Assembly: GCF_902652985.1 (NCBI RefSeq)
Contig: NC_047021.1
Location: 19,344,001-19,408,000, forward strand
DNA from: Pecten maximus
Taxonomy: Eukaryota
Reading direction: 5' to 3'
DNA: 64,000 nt
Program-made: the position numbers and the translations under genes
Part shown: positions 41,946-53,399 of the stretch, piece by piece
Numbering within the stretch: position 1 is the stretch's first letter
How the letters are laid out: the number at the start of each line of letters is the position of its first letter
The notes under the pieces: model-generated
The model's database searches: none
Seen by the model: the letters and a program-made list of their open reading frames with translations, nothing else
Told to the model about the DNA's origin: nothing

Positions 41946-42805
41946 AAAAATTATTTAGTAATTTAAATTACTGATAATTCTAGCTATTTTTCTGATTATA
42001 AACATATATGCCATACTAACACTGCACTACGATCACGAATGAATATTTAAATCCGAAGTCTATTTAGTCTGACGTAACCCTTTAAACTGTTTAAACGCTT
42101 TTGTTGTATTTACTTCAGATTCAAATTATATACCACAGGGCTACGGCAGATATGTTTAGCGAAACCATTCTGTTATATATCTCAGACGAGATAAACAACT
42201 TTAGGAAAATATATCTTGTTTTAGGAGTATATATTTAGACTAGTTTTAGGTTCATGATAAACAAACATTAATTATGTAATTTCTGAAACATAAGAGTAGA
42301 GCCTTAATTAAATGAGAAACTTTTCCTCAGTGCTGTTTAAATATGTTTCAGAACATTTTAATTAATCATTTTAATGCTCATATTTTTTCGATGATCTAAC
42401 GAAAGGGCGGGAAGTTTGGCACTTTCCCCGGAGACATTAGGAAACAATAAAGGTGCATTACAGCGGAGTCAGAACGGTATAAGATGATTATCATAGGTTT
42501 AATGTGATTAAACATTCATACAACACAACCAGTATAGCAGTTTTATGTGTGACGTTTCAGTGACTGAGCTCTGTCACCATCACATGTGTCTGGGAAAGGT
42601 GACAGAGAGTACGCAACAAACCGTCACACATGGAATCCTGTTCTGGCTGTGATAGACGAACATCACATGCGTACCTACCTCAGGGAAGTGTCTCATAATA
42701 CCACGTCATACACCTGGATGATAGGATAGTACAAAAGATACACTCGCTATTAGCACATTTCAATCAACAGAGTTAGATACATTAGAGCCAAAACAAATCA
42801 AACTG

Positions 42806-42847
42806 CACCATACAGCTGTTTCATCCTTTTAGGACTCGTCAGTAATG
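42806..42847 (-). ncRNA. Minimal type-I hammerhead ribozyme (Penelope/retrozyme type)
   Basis: Minus strand: CATTA-CTGACGA-GTCCT-AAA-AGGAT-GAA-ACAGCTGT-A-TGGTG. Intact CUGANGA and GAAA boxes, stem II, palindromic stem III, GUA cleavage triplet, and stem I with two G-U pairs. Confidence 0.8.
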
Positions 42848-42939
42848 TCTAAAGTTTTGATATAAATGTACACTTTATTTAGTTTACAACAATTGCGAAA
42901 TAAGTTATATCAACTTATATTAATCACACTTGTTGAGCC

Positions 42940-43086
42940 GAATGGGTCTTACTGTGGGAGGAAAACGGAGTACCCGGGCAAAACCCACGTGGTCGGGCAG
43001 GTGACCCCATACCTTTTCAAGTCAGATCGGAGAATCGAACCCCGGCCGCCAATGTTAAAGGCGAGTGTGCTACCACTGTAGCATCC
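42940..43086 (-). mobile_element. tRNA-derived SINE with V-type central domain
   Basis: Minus strand: A-box-like CAGTGGTAGC, B-box GGTTCGATTC, then GGGTTTTGCCCGGGTACTCCGTTTTCCTCCCACAG. Confidence 0.85.
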
Positions 43087-43212
43087 AACTACAGGAGGCA
43101 TAAGGGGCGACCATAACTCACAAACAGATAGAAAAGAAATATGTCAAAATCTGGACGGGATAATTGGCAATATTGGATTTAAGAAGAGCGTTTACTATAC
43201 ATATATATCTAT

Positions 43213-43590
43213 ACATAACTTAGCAACACGAATGACGAAGGAAGACAACTTTTTGACTCGTGCCCTGACCGGGCCTCGAACTCACGATCTACGGAAATAC
43301 CCGCAGCTTATACCACTGCGCCACATCGGCGTTCTTAAAATAGAACGTTTCAATGGCGCAGTGATGGTCGGCTCGATACCCTGACATGATCATTGTGGAA
43401 GTCGTCTATAAGATGATAAGAATACCTGGATCGCAAATGTATTTACATACATGGATACGAATTGTACATATATTATATATATTTCTCTCGGTACAACTAC
43501 GACAGGAAATTCAAATCTATATCTTCGGATCACCAACACATAGTGTATATGATACATTGTGCTAATAAATAGATATATAACTTAGCAACA
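43213..43590 (-). mobile_element. Unclassified ~380-bp element containing a tRNA-like segment, bounded by direct repeats ATAACTTAGCAACA
   Basis: Minus strand 43330-43258: GCCGATGTGGCGCAGTGGTATAAG...GAGTTCGAGGCCCGG (A and B boxes). The direct repeat occurs at about 43215 and 43577. Confidence 0.6.
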
Positions 43591-43767
43591 AACAATCTAT
43601 ATGTATATGTCTCTTCTTAACGATGTCTTGTCCTGCAGATAGGGCGTAAGAATTGAACCTGTTGCCCCCATTGCATGATCGTGAGAGGTGACTAAATTTG
43701 GGATACCATCGTTTCCATCCCCCCCTATTTTGGACAATATTTCTCCTTCCCAATTTCTTCCTTGACA

Positions 43768-43965
43768 CTGCTTAATTTGGCATTTAGTTGAGCGTCTGCC
43801 CTTGTGAGTGTTCTGTACCCTGGCCGAGACAAAACAGAGTTCATAAAAATGGTAGTTTCTGTTCTAGATCAGCGCTCAGCATTTTGTGAGTAGGACGACT
43901 GGTCACTCGCACATGAGTCCGTCCTTAAATAACTACAGCTGTTGATAGGACACTAAACTTTAAAC
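43768..43965 (+). mobile_element. Degenerate tRNA-derived SINE with Meta-type domain
   Basis: Decayed tRNA head, then AAAAATGGTAGTTTCTG...AGCGCTCAGCA, then tail CCTTAAATAACTACAGCTGTTGATAGGACACTAAAC. Confidence 0.65.
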
Positions 43966-44697
43966 ATTAACGGTGTCACTGTTCAAATGAATAAAAAATG
44001 ACACATGTTATGACCAATAAAAGTTTATTTGAAACAAATTTCTCAGGTCGGTTTATGATATTTATAGAAAAATAAAAAAAAAGATAATTATTTAGCATAT
44101 CTTAAATATCAATGTTAAAATATAGTAAAAAATCAAGTCTAGCAGACCAATTAACATATAGTTAAGAACGCGTGAACCCAAACTGCGTATTAAAACGTGA
44201 TTAGGTTTGCAGTCGCGCCAAATTGGCACGTGTGTATAGCTTACATTGGCTCCGTCAACACATCGTTACGCCATCTTTTTTAAGGAAAACCCAAAATCGT
44301 GGTCTCTCTTTTACAAACTCATAAATCACTCACGTAAACTAGAAAATCTAAGAGAAAGTCTAAACAGTTAATTTGAACCATTAGCCAATGTTTGTTTAAG
44401 TGTTGAATTGTGTAGACATGTTTTCTCCATATCTATTTGTATGTAAATATTGTGCTGATCCCGGCCATCTACTTTGGGTTAGTCTACTGTTGGTGTTATA
44501 CATGATGATGGATTATATAAAACAGGTGATGAACGACATCCTCAAATATAATCTTCTATAAGGTGTAATAAGACCAGCGTGTCTCAGACCAATCGGATAA
44601 ATAACCTTCACCTGAAATGTCTGCAGCACACGATTAAATGCTGTTTTTAGATTTTTCCTCTATGAGGTATGACATCTTTTCGACGCTGATTCTATTG

Positions 44698-47600
44698 ATA
44701 TGGCAGGCATTGGACTGTTCGTTATATAACTGGCGTTTGAATGTTCGTTATATGGCAGGCATTGGACTGTTCGTTATATAACTGGCGGTTTGATTGTTCG
44801 TTATATAACTGGCGGTTTGACTGTTCGTTATATAACTGGCGGTTCGACTGTTCGTTATATGGCAGGCATTGGACTGTTCGTTATATAACTGGCGGTTTGA
44901 TTGTTCGTTATATGGCAGGCATTGGCCTGTTCGTTATATAACTGGCGGTTCGACTGTTCGTTATATAACTGGCGGTTCGACTGTTCGTTATATAACTGGC
45001 GGTTCGACTGTTCGCTATATGGCTGGCGTTTGACTGTTCGTTATATAACTTGCGGTTGACTGTTCGTTATATAACTGGCGGTTTGACTGTTCGTTATATA
45101 ACTGGCGGTTTGACTGTTCGTTATATAACTTGCGGTTTGACTGTTCGTTATATAACTGGCGGTTCGACTGTTCGTTATATGGCAGGCATTGGACTGTTCG
45201 TTATATAACTGGCGGTTTGACTGTTCGTTATATAACTGGCGGTTTGACTGTTCGTTATATAACTGACGGTTTGACTGTTCGTTATATGGCAGGCATTGGA
45301 CTGTTCGTTATATAACTGACGGTTTGACTGTTCGTTATATGGCAGGCATTGGACTGTTCGTTATATAACTGGCGGTTTGACTGTTCGTTATATAACTGAC
45401 GGTTTGACTGTTCGTTATATAACTTGCGGTTTGACTGTTCGTTATATAACTGGCGGTTCGACTGTTCGTTATATGGCAGGCATTGGACTGTTCGTTATAT
45501 AACTGGCGGTTTGATTGTTCGTTATATGGCAGGCATTGGACTGTTCGTTATATAACTGGCGGTTCGACTGTTCGTTATATAACTGGCGGTTCGACTGTTC
45601 GTTATATAACTGGCGGTTCGACTGTTCGCTATATGGCTGGCGTTTGACTGCTCGTTATATACTGGCGATTCGACTGTTCGTTATATAACTTGCGGTTTGA
45701 CTGTTCGTTATATAACTGGCGGTTTGACTGTTCGTTATATAACTGGCGGTTTGACTGTTCGTTATATAACTGGCGGTTTGGCTGTTCGCTATATGGCTGG
45801 CGTTTGACTGTTCGTTATATAACTGACGGTTTGATTGTTCGTTATATAACTTGCGGTTTGACTGTTCGTTATATAACTGACGGTTTGACTGTTCGTTATA
45901 TAACTTGCGGTTTGATTGTTCGTTATATAACTGGCGGTTTGACTGTTCGTTATATAACTGGCGGTTCGACTGTTCGTTATATAACTTGCGGTTTGATTGT
46001 TCGTTATATAACTGGCGGTTTGACTGTTCGTTATATAACTTGCGGTTCGACTGTTCGTTATATAACTGGCGGTTCGACTGTTCGTTATATAACTGGCGGT
46101 TTGACTGTTCGCTATATGGCTGGCGTTTGACTGCTCGTTATATACTGGCGATTCGACTGTTCGTTATATAACTTGCGGTTTGACTGTTCGTTATATAACT
46201 GGCGGTTTGACTGTTCGTTATATAACTGGCGGTTTGACTGTTCGTTATATAACTGGCGGTTTGGCTGTTCGCTATATGGCTGGCGTTTGACTGTTCGTTA
46301 TATAACTGGCGATTCGACTGTTCGTTATATAACTGGCGGTTTGACTGTTCGTTATATAACTGGCGGTTTGACTGTTCGTTATATAACTGACGGTTTGACT
46401 GTTCGTTATATAACTTGCGGTTTGACTGTTCGTTATATAACTGGCGGTTCGACTGTTCGTTATATGGCAGGCATTGGACTGTTCGTTATATAACTGGCGG
46501 TTTGATTGTTCGTTATATGGCAGGCATTGGACTGTTCGTTATATAACTGGCGGTTCGACTGTTCGTTATATAACTGGCGGTTCGACTGTTCGTTATATAA
46601 CTGGCGGTTCGACTGTTCGCTATATGGCTGGCGTTTGACTGCTCGTTATATACTGGCGATTCGACTGTTCGTTATATAACTTGCGGTTTGACTGTTCGTT
46701 ATATAACTGGCGGTTTGACTGTTCGTTATATAACTGGCGGTTTGACTGTTCGTTATATAACTGGCGGTTTGGCTGTTCGCTATATGGCTGGCGTTTGACT
46801 GTTCGTTATATAACTGACGGTTTGATTGTTCGTTATATAACTTGCGGTTTGACTGTTCGTTATATAACTGACGGTTTGACTGTTCGTTATATAACTTGCG
46901 GTTTGATTGTTCGTTATATAACTGGCGGTTTGACTGTTCGTTATATAACTGGCGGTTCGACTGTTCGTTATATAACTTGCGGTTTGATTGTTCGTTATAT
47001 AACTGGCGGTTTGACTGTTCGTTATATAACTTGCGGTTCGACTGTTCGTTATATAACTGGCGGTTCGACTGTTCGTTATATAACTGGCGGTTGACTGTTC
47101 GCTATATAGCTGGCGTTTGACTTGCTCGATTATAACTGGCGTTGACTGTTCGTTATATAACTGGCGGTTTGACTGTTCGTATATAACTGGCGGTTTGACT
47201 GTTCGTTATATAACTGGCGGTTTGACTGTTCGTTATCTGCTTGAGTCGTTTTATGGCTTGCTGTTCGCTATATGGCTGGCGTTTGACTGTTCGTTATATA
47301 ACTGGCGTTGCGCTATAGCGTATGTCGTTATAACTGGCGTTGACTGTTCGTTATAACTGGCGTTTGACTGTTCGTTATATAACTGGCGGTTTGACTGTTC
47401 GTTATATAACTGGCGGTTTGACTGTTCGTTATATAACTGGCGGTTTGACTGTTTGTTCTATAACTGGCGGTTTGACTGTTCGTTATATAACTGGCGGTTT
47501 GACTGTTCGTTATATAACTGGCGGTTTGACTGTTCGTTATATAACTGGCGTTTGACTGTTCGTTATATAACTGGCGATTTGACTGTTCGTTATATAACTG

Positions 47601-50600
47601 GCGATTTGACTGTTCGTTATATAACTGGCGGTTTGACTGTTCGCTATATGGCTGGCGTTTGACTGCTCGTTATATACTGGCGATTTGACTGTTCGTTATA
47701 TAACTTGCGGTTTGACTGTTCGTTTATATACTGGCGGTTTGACTGTTCGTTATATAACTGGCGGTTTGACTGTTCGTTATATAACTGGCGGTTTGGCTGT
47801 TCGCTATATGGCTGGCGTTTGACTGTTCGTTATATAACTGGCGATTCGACTGTTCGTTATATAACTGGCGGTTTGACTGTTCGTTATATAACTGGCGGTG
47901 TGACTGTTCGTTAAATAACTGGCGGTTTGACTGTTCGTTATATAATTGGCGGTTTGGCTGTTCGCTATATGGCTGGCGTTTGACTGTTCGTTCTTTAACT
48001 GGCGGTTTGGCTGTTCGCTATATGGCTGGCGTTTGACTGTTCGTTATATAACTGGCGATTCGACTGTTCGTTATATAACTGGCGGTTTGACTGTTCGTTA
48101 TATAACTTGCGGTTTGATTGTTCGTTATATAACTGGCGGTTTGACTGTTCGTTATATAACTTGCGGTTCGACTGTTCGTTATATAACTGGCGGTTCGACT
48201 GTTCGTTATATAACTGGCGGTTTGACTGTTCGCTATATGGCTGGCGTTTGACTGCTCGTTATATACTGGCGATTCGACTGTTCGTTATATAACTTGCGGT
48301 TTGACTGTTCGTTATATAACTGGCGGTTTGACTGTTCGTTATATAACTGGCGGTTTGACTGTTCGTTATATAACTGGCGGTTTGGCTGTTCGCTATATGG
48401 CTGGCGTTTGACTGTTCGTTATATAACTGGCGATTCGACTGTTCGTTATATAACTGGCGGTTTGACTGTTCGTTATATAACTGGCGGTGTGACTGTTCGT
48501 TAAATAACTGGCGGTTTGACTGTTCGTTATATAATTGGCGGTTTGGCTCTTCGTTATATAACTGGCGGTTCGACTGTTCGTTATATAACTGGCGGTTTGA
48601 CTGTTCGCTATATGGCAGGCATTGGACTGTTCGTTATATAACTGGCGGTTTGACTGTTCGTTATATAATTGGCGGTTTGACTGTTCGCTATATGGCTGGC
48701 GTTTGACTGTTCGTTATATAGCTGGCGTTTGGCTATTCGTTATAAAGCTGGCGTTTGACTGTTCGTTATATAGCTGGCGTTTGACTTTTCGATATATAAC
48801 TGGCGATTCGACTGTTCGTTATATAACTGGCGGTTTGACTGTTCGTTATATAACTGGCGGTGTGACTGTTCGTTAAATAACTGGCGGTTTGACTGTTCGT
48901 TATATAATTGGCGGTTTGGCTGTTCGCTATATGGCTGGCGTTTGACTGTTCGTTCTTTAACTGGCGGTTTGGCTGTTCGCTATATGGCTGGCGTTTGACT
49001 GTTCGTTATATAACTGGCGATTCGACTGTTCGTTATATAACTGGCGGTTTGACTGTTCGTTATATAACTGGCGGTTTGACTGTTCGTTATATAACTGGCG
49101 GTTTGACTGTTCGCTATATGGCTGGCGTTTGACTGTTCGTTATATAATTGGCGGTTTGACTGTTCGTTATATAACTGGCGGTTTGACTGTTTGTTCTATA
49201 ACTGGCGGTTTGACTGATCGTTATATAACTGTCGTTTGACTGTTCGTTATATAACTGGCGGTTTGACTGTTCGGTATATAACTGGCGTTTGACTGTTCGT
49301 TATATAACTGACGGTTTGACTGTTCGCTATATGGCTGGCGTTTGACTGTTCGTTATATAATTGGCGGTTTGACTGTTCGCTATATGGCTGGCGTTTGACT
49401 GTTTGTTATATAGCTGGCGTTTGGCTATTCGTTATAAAGCTGGCGTTTGACTGTTCGTTATATAGCTGGCGTTTGACTTTTCGATATATAACTGGTGGTA
49501 TGACTATTCGTTATATAACTGGCGATTTGATTGTTCGTAATATAACTGACGATTTGACTGTTCGTTATATAACTGGCGGTTTGACTGTTCGCTATATGGC
49601 TGGCGTTTGACTGTTCGTTATATAATTGGCGGTTTGACTGTTCGCTATATGGCTGGCGTTTGACTGTTTGTTATATAGATGGCGTTTGGCTATTCGTTAT
49701 AAAGCTGGCGTTTGACTGTTCGTTATATAGCTGGCGTTTGACTTTTCGATATATAACTGGTGGTATGACTATTCGTTATATAACTGGCGATTTGATTGTT
49801 CGTAATATAACTGGCGATTTGACTGTTCGTTATATAACTGGCGGTTTGACTGTTCGCTATATGGCTGGCGTTTGACTGTTCGTTATATAATTGGCGGTTT
49901 GACTGTTCGCTATATGGCTGGCGTTTGACTGTTTGTTATATAGCTGGCGGTTTGGCTATTCGTTATATGGCTGGCGTTTGACTGTTCGTTATATAATTGG
50001 CGGTTTGACTGTTCGCTATATGGCTGGCGTTTGACTGTTCGTTATATAGCTGGCGTTTGACTTTTCGATATATAACTGGCGGTTTGACTGTTCGCTATAT
50101 GGCTGGCGTTTGACTGTTCGTTATATAATTGGCGGTTTGACTGTTCGCTATATGGCTGGCGTTTGACTGTTCGCTATAAAAGTGGCGGTTTGACTGTTCG
50201 TTATATCACTAGCGTTTGACTATTCTTTATATAGCTTTTGTTATATAGCTGGCGGTATGACTATTCGTTATATAGCTGACGGTATGACTATTCGTTATAT
50301 ACAAAAATGTAGCTGACGGTATGACTATTCGTTATATAACTGGCGGTATGACTATTCGCTATATAGCTGACGGTTTGAATATTTGTTATATAGCTGACGA
50401 TATGACTATTCGCTATGTAGCTGAAGATATAAATATTCGCTATATGACTGGCTGTTTGACTTTTCGTTATATAGCTGGCGGTTTGACTATTCGTTATATA
50501 ACTGGCGGTATGACTATTCGCTATACAGCTGACGGTATGATTATTCGTTATAATGCTGGCGGTATAGCTATTCGTTATATAGCTGGCGGTTTGACTATTC

Positions 50601-51765
50601 GTTATATAGCTGGCGTTTTACTTTTCGTTATACATGTATAGCTGGCGGTTTGACTGTTCGCTATATGGCTGGCGATTTAACTATTTGTTATATAACTGGC
50701 GGTTTGACTGTTCGCTATATGGCTGGCGTTTGACTGTTCGTTATATGGCTGGCGATTTGACTGTTCGCTATTTAGCTTGCGTTTGACTGTTCGTTATACA
50801 AATGTATTGATGATGTTTCACTGTTCGCTATATGGCTTGCAATTTGACTGTTAGTTATATAACTGGCGGTTCAACTGTTCACAATATTGCTGGCGGTTTG
50901 AGTATTCGTTATATTACTGACAGTTTGACTGTTGGTTATATAACTGGTTGTTTGATTATTCGCTATATTGCTGGCGTTTGACTGTTCGCTATATAATTGG
51001 CAGTTTGACTTTTCGTTATATCACTAGCGTTTGACTATTCGTTATTTAGCTTTCGCTATATAGCTGGCGTTATGACTTTTCCTTACATAGCTGACGGTTT
51101 GACTATTGGTTATATAGCTGGCGTTTGACTTTTCGTTATATAGCTGGCGGTATGCCTACAGAAATGTATTCGTTATACAGCTCGCGGTATGACTATTCGT
51201 TATATAGCTGACGGTATGACTAATCGTTATATAGCTGGCGGTTTGGCTATTCGTTATATAGCTGGCGTTTGACTTTTCGTTATATAGCTGGCGGTTTGAC
51301 TATTCGTTATACATGTATAGCTGGCGGTTTGACTTTTCGTTATATAGCTGAAGGTATGATTATTCGTTATATAGCTGGCGGTTTGACTTTTCGTTATAAA
51401 GCTGGCGGTTTGACTATTCGTTATATAGCTGGCGGTTTGACTTTTCGTTATATAGCTGGCGATTTGAATTTTCGTTATATAGCTGACGGTATGATTATCC
51501 GTTATATAGTAGGCGGTAGGACTTTTCATGATATAACTGGCGGTATGACTATTCGTTATATAGCTGACGTTATGACTTTTAGTTATATAGCTGACGGTAT
51601 GCCTATTCGTTATATAGCTGGCGGTTTGACTATTCGTTATATAGCTAGCGGTATGACTATTCTTTATATAGCTGGCGGTTTTACTATTCGTTATATACTG
51701 TAGCTGGCGATATGACCATTCGTTATACAGCTGTCGATTTGCTTATTCGTTATTCAGCTCGCGGT
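44698..51765. repeat. 27-bp minisatellite TATAACTGGCGGTTTGACTGTTCGTTA (with 26-bp variants), about 260 copies, with higher-order duplications
   Basis: 27-bp (9-codon) periodicity. A ~991-bp block is repeated (45690 vs 46681). Units diverge progressively after about 50200. Confidence 0.98.
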
Positions 51766-51864
51766 TTTTCTCTGGGTACTCCGGTTTTCCTTCTTCTCCA
51801 AAACCTTGCACATCCTTAAATGACCATGGCTGTTAATAGTACGTTAAACAAAATAAACCAACCA
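51761..51864 (+). mobile_element. 3' half of a V-domain SINE fused to the end of the 27-bp array
   Basis: GGTTTTTCTCTGGGTACTCCGGTTTTCCTTCTTCTCCAAAACC matches the reverse complement of 56548-56595. The tail CCTTAAATGACCATGGCTGTTAATAGTACGTTAAAC follows. Confidence 0.85.
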
Positions 51865-53399
51865 ATGACAAAAAATATTATTATTATTTTGCCTACTCTA
51901 TATATAAGCATCTGATTTGACATGAATAGAACATGAATCGTAGTGTTACCCTCTAACGTTGGAGATTCCTGATTAAATATTCCTCACTCGGTGTCTTGAA
52001 AAAAAACCAATTATGGTTATGGGAATTCAGGATGATTACAGTAGCGTCGCGGAAATCATTTTTGACAAAAACAGCGATGTTTTATCTTCAGTGCTGTGTT
52101 ACTGTTCTGATTTAATGTTATAAAATATTATGAAAATCGGCTTCCCGAATATAATTTTCAAGCAATGGTACATATGTGTAAATTTGCGCTCCAGTAGTAC
52201 AGTAATATATTGCCTCCACAGAAAGGCCTTTCTGTGTAGACTCGGTTTAATGTGATGCACATGCTATATTAAAAGTAATTTTTTACTTTGCTTTACTTTA
52301 TGATTTATATAATGAGGATTCTTTAAGTCATTAAGATTTTTAATTTGTAAGATTAATGCATACCGATTCATATTGTATTTTTTTTCAATAAAAAGCCACA
52401 ATACTGATTTATGTTCCGAATTATGTGAAATCGCTTTAAGGAATATAATTCACCACCATATTTAATGAAGAACGCGCTCGTTTATTACAGAATAACAAAC
52501 CAGTATTCACAACATATTTGATTTATTTTGCAATTAACTTTGACAGATAATTTTAGCTAAGCTTCTTTTTAGATATTCGTAACTACTTCATTGCTGCATA
52601 TTAGATTTAAACTAGTGATGAAATATATTACATGATTTCCTTTTGTCTGGTCATCGTCATGTTTCACGTGAGAAGTGGTTAATTATCCCCTTGTGAGGCA
52701 AGAAGATACATATACAAACCAAACGACATCCTCAGCTCTACCGACTTTATTGATGATCATATTATCGTATAACTTCATACACACGCAACAATCATCTCAT
52801 GTACGCGTTTCAACCGCCCAGGTCAAAAATGAGGTCGCTATTATTATAAATATAGCATCGATCTACAATAATGATTTTTTAGTTAGTCTCCCCTTGCGAG
52901 TTCTTTCAAACGGAGATAAAATACACTTTTGATTTGCCGCTTGCTAGTGTAAGAACAATAAAATACGTTTTCAGCAGATGAAGGTTAAATTTCAGAGTTG
53001 ATAACTCGGCGCGGGGAGGGCAAATCAGAACTCGAAAACTGCGTATTGTCCTAAAACTTCATACACTTACAACGACCAACTGTTATTCAAGATAACACAG
53101 CTCCGTATTTTCGATGCACAAGTACCCCTGTCATTGATTACCGTTATTCAAAACACATTGCTTCCAAAATTTTAATTACAAGAAAACGCTACAACAGGTG
53201 AATTTGAATGACCTTCGAGCAGTTCCTCCTGTAGCATGTTCTCATTCTACTTCTCAATACATCCACGGTCCAGTTGGATAAGTCGTAATTGGCTATCATC
53301 GCATTTTCCCCTACGATAAGCTACGCGAACTGTTCATAAAGGGTCCGAATAAGCGAGAGACTCCTTCTAGTAAATGGAACATGAATCTCAAGACACTCA

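Noticed and set aside
43255-43330. Functional tRNA gene
   Set aside because: It has A and B boxes but no proper acceptor or anticodon stems, so it was treated as a tRNA-derived repeat.
43623-43705. HDV-like ribozyme or RTE-associated motif (GATCGTGAGAGGTGACTAA)
   Set aside because: It is probably a repeat fragment, but I could not build the nested double pseudoknot from the sequence.
44741-51703. Numerous ORFs with TVRYITGGL / FDCSLYNWR repeats
   Set aside because: They are translations of a 27-bp array, and frequent 26-bp units shift the frame. There is no unique coding flank.
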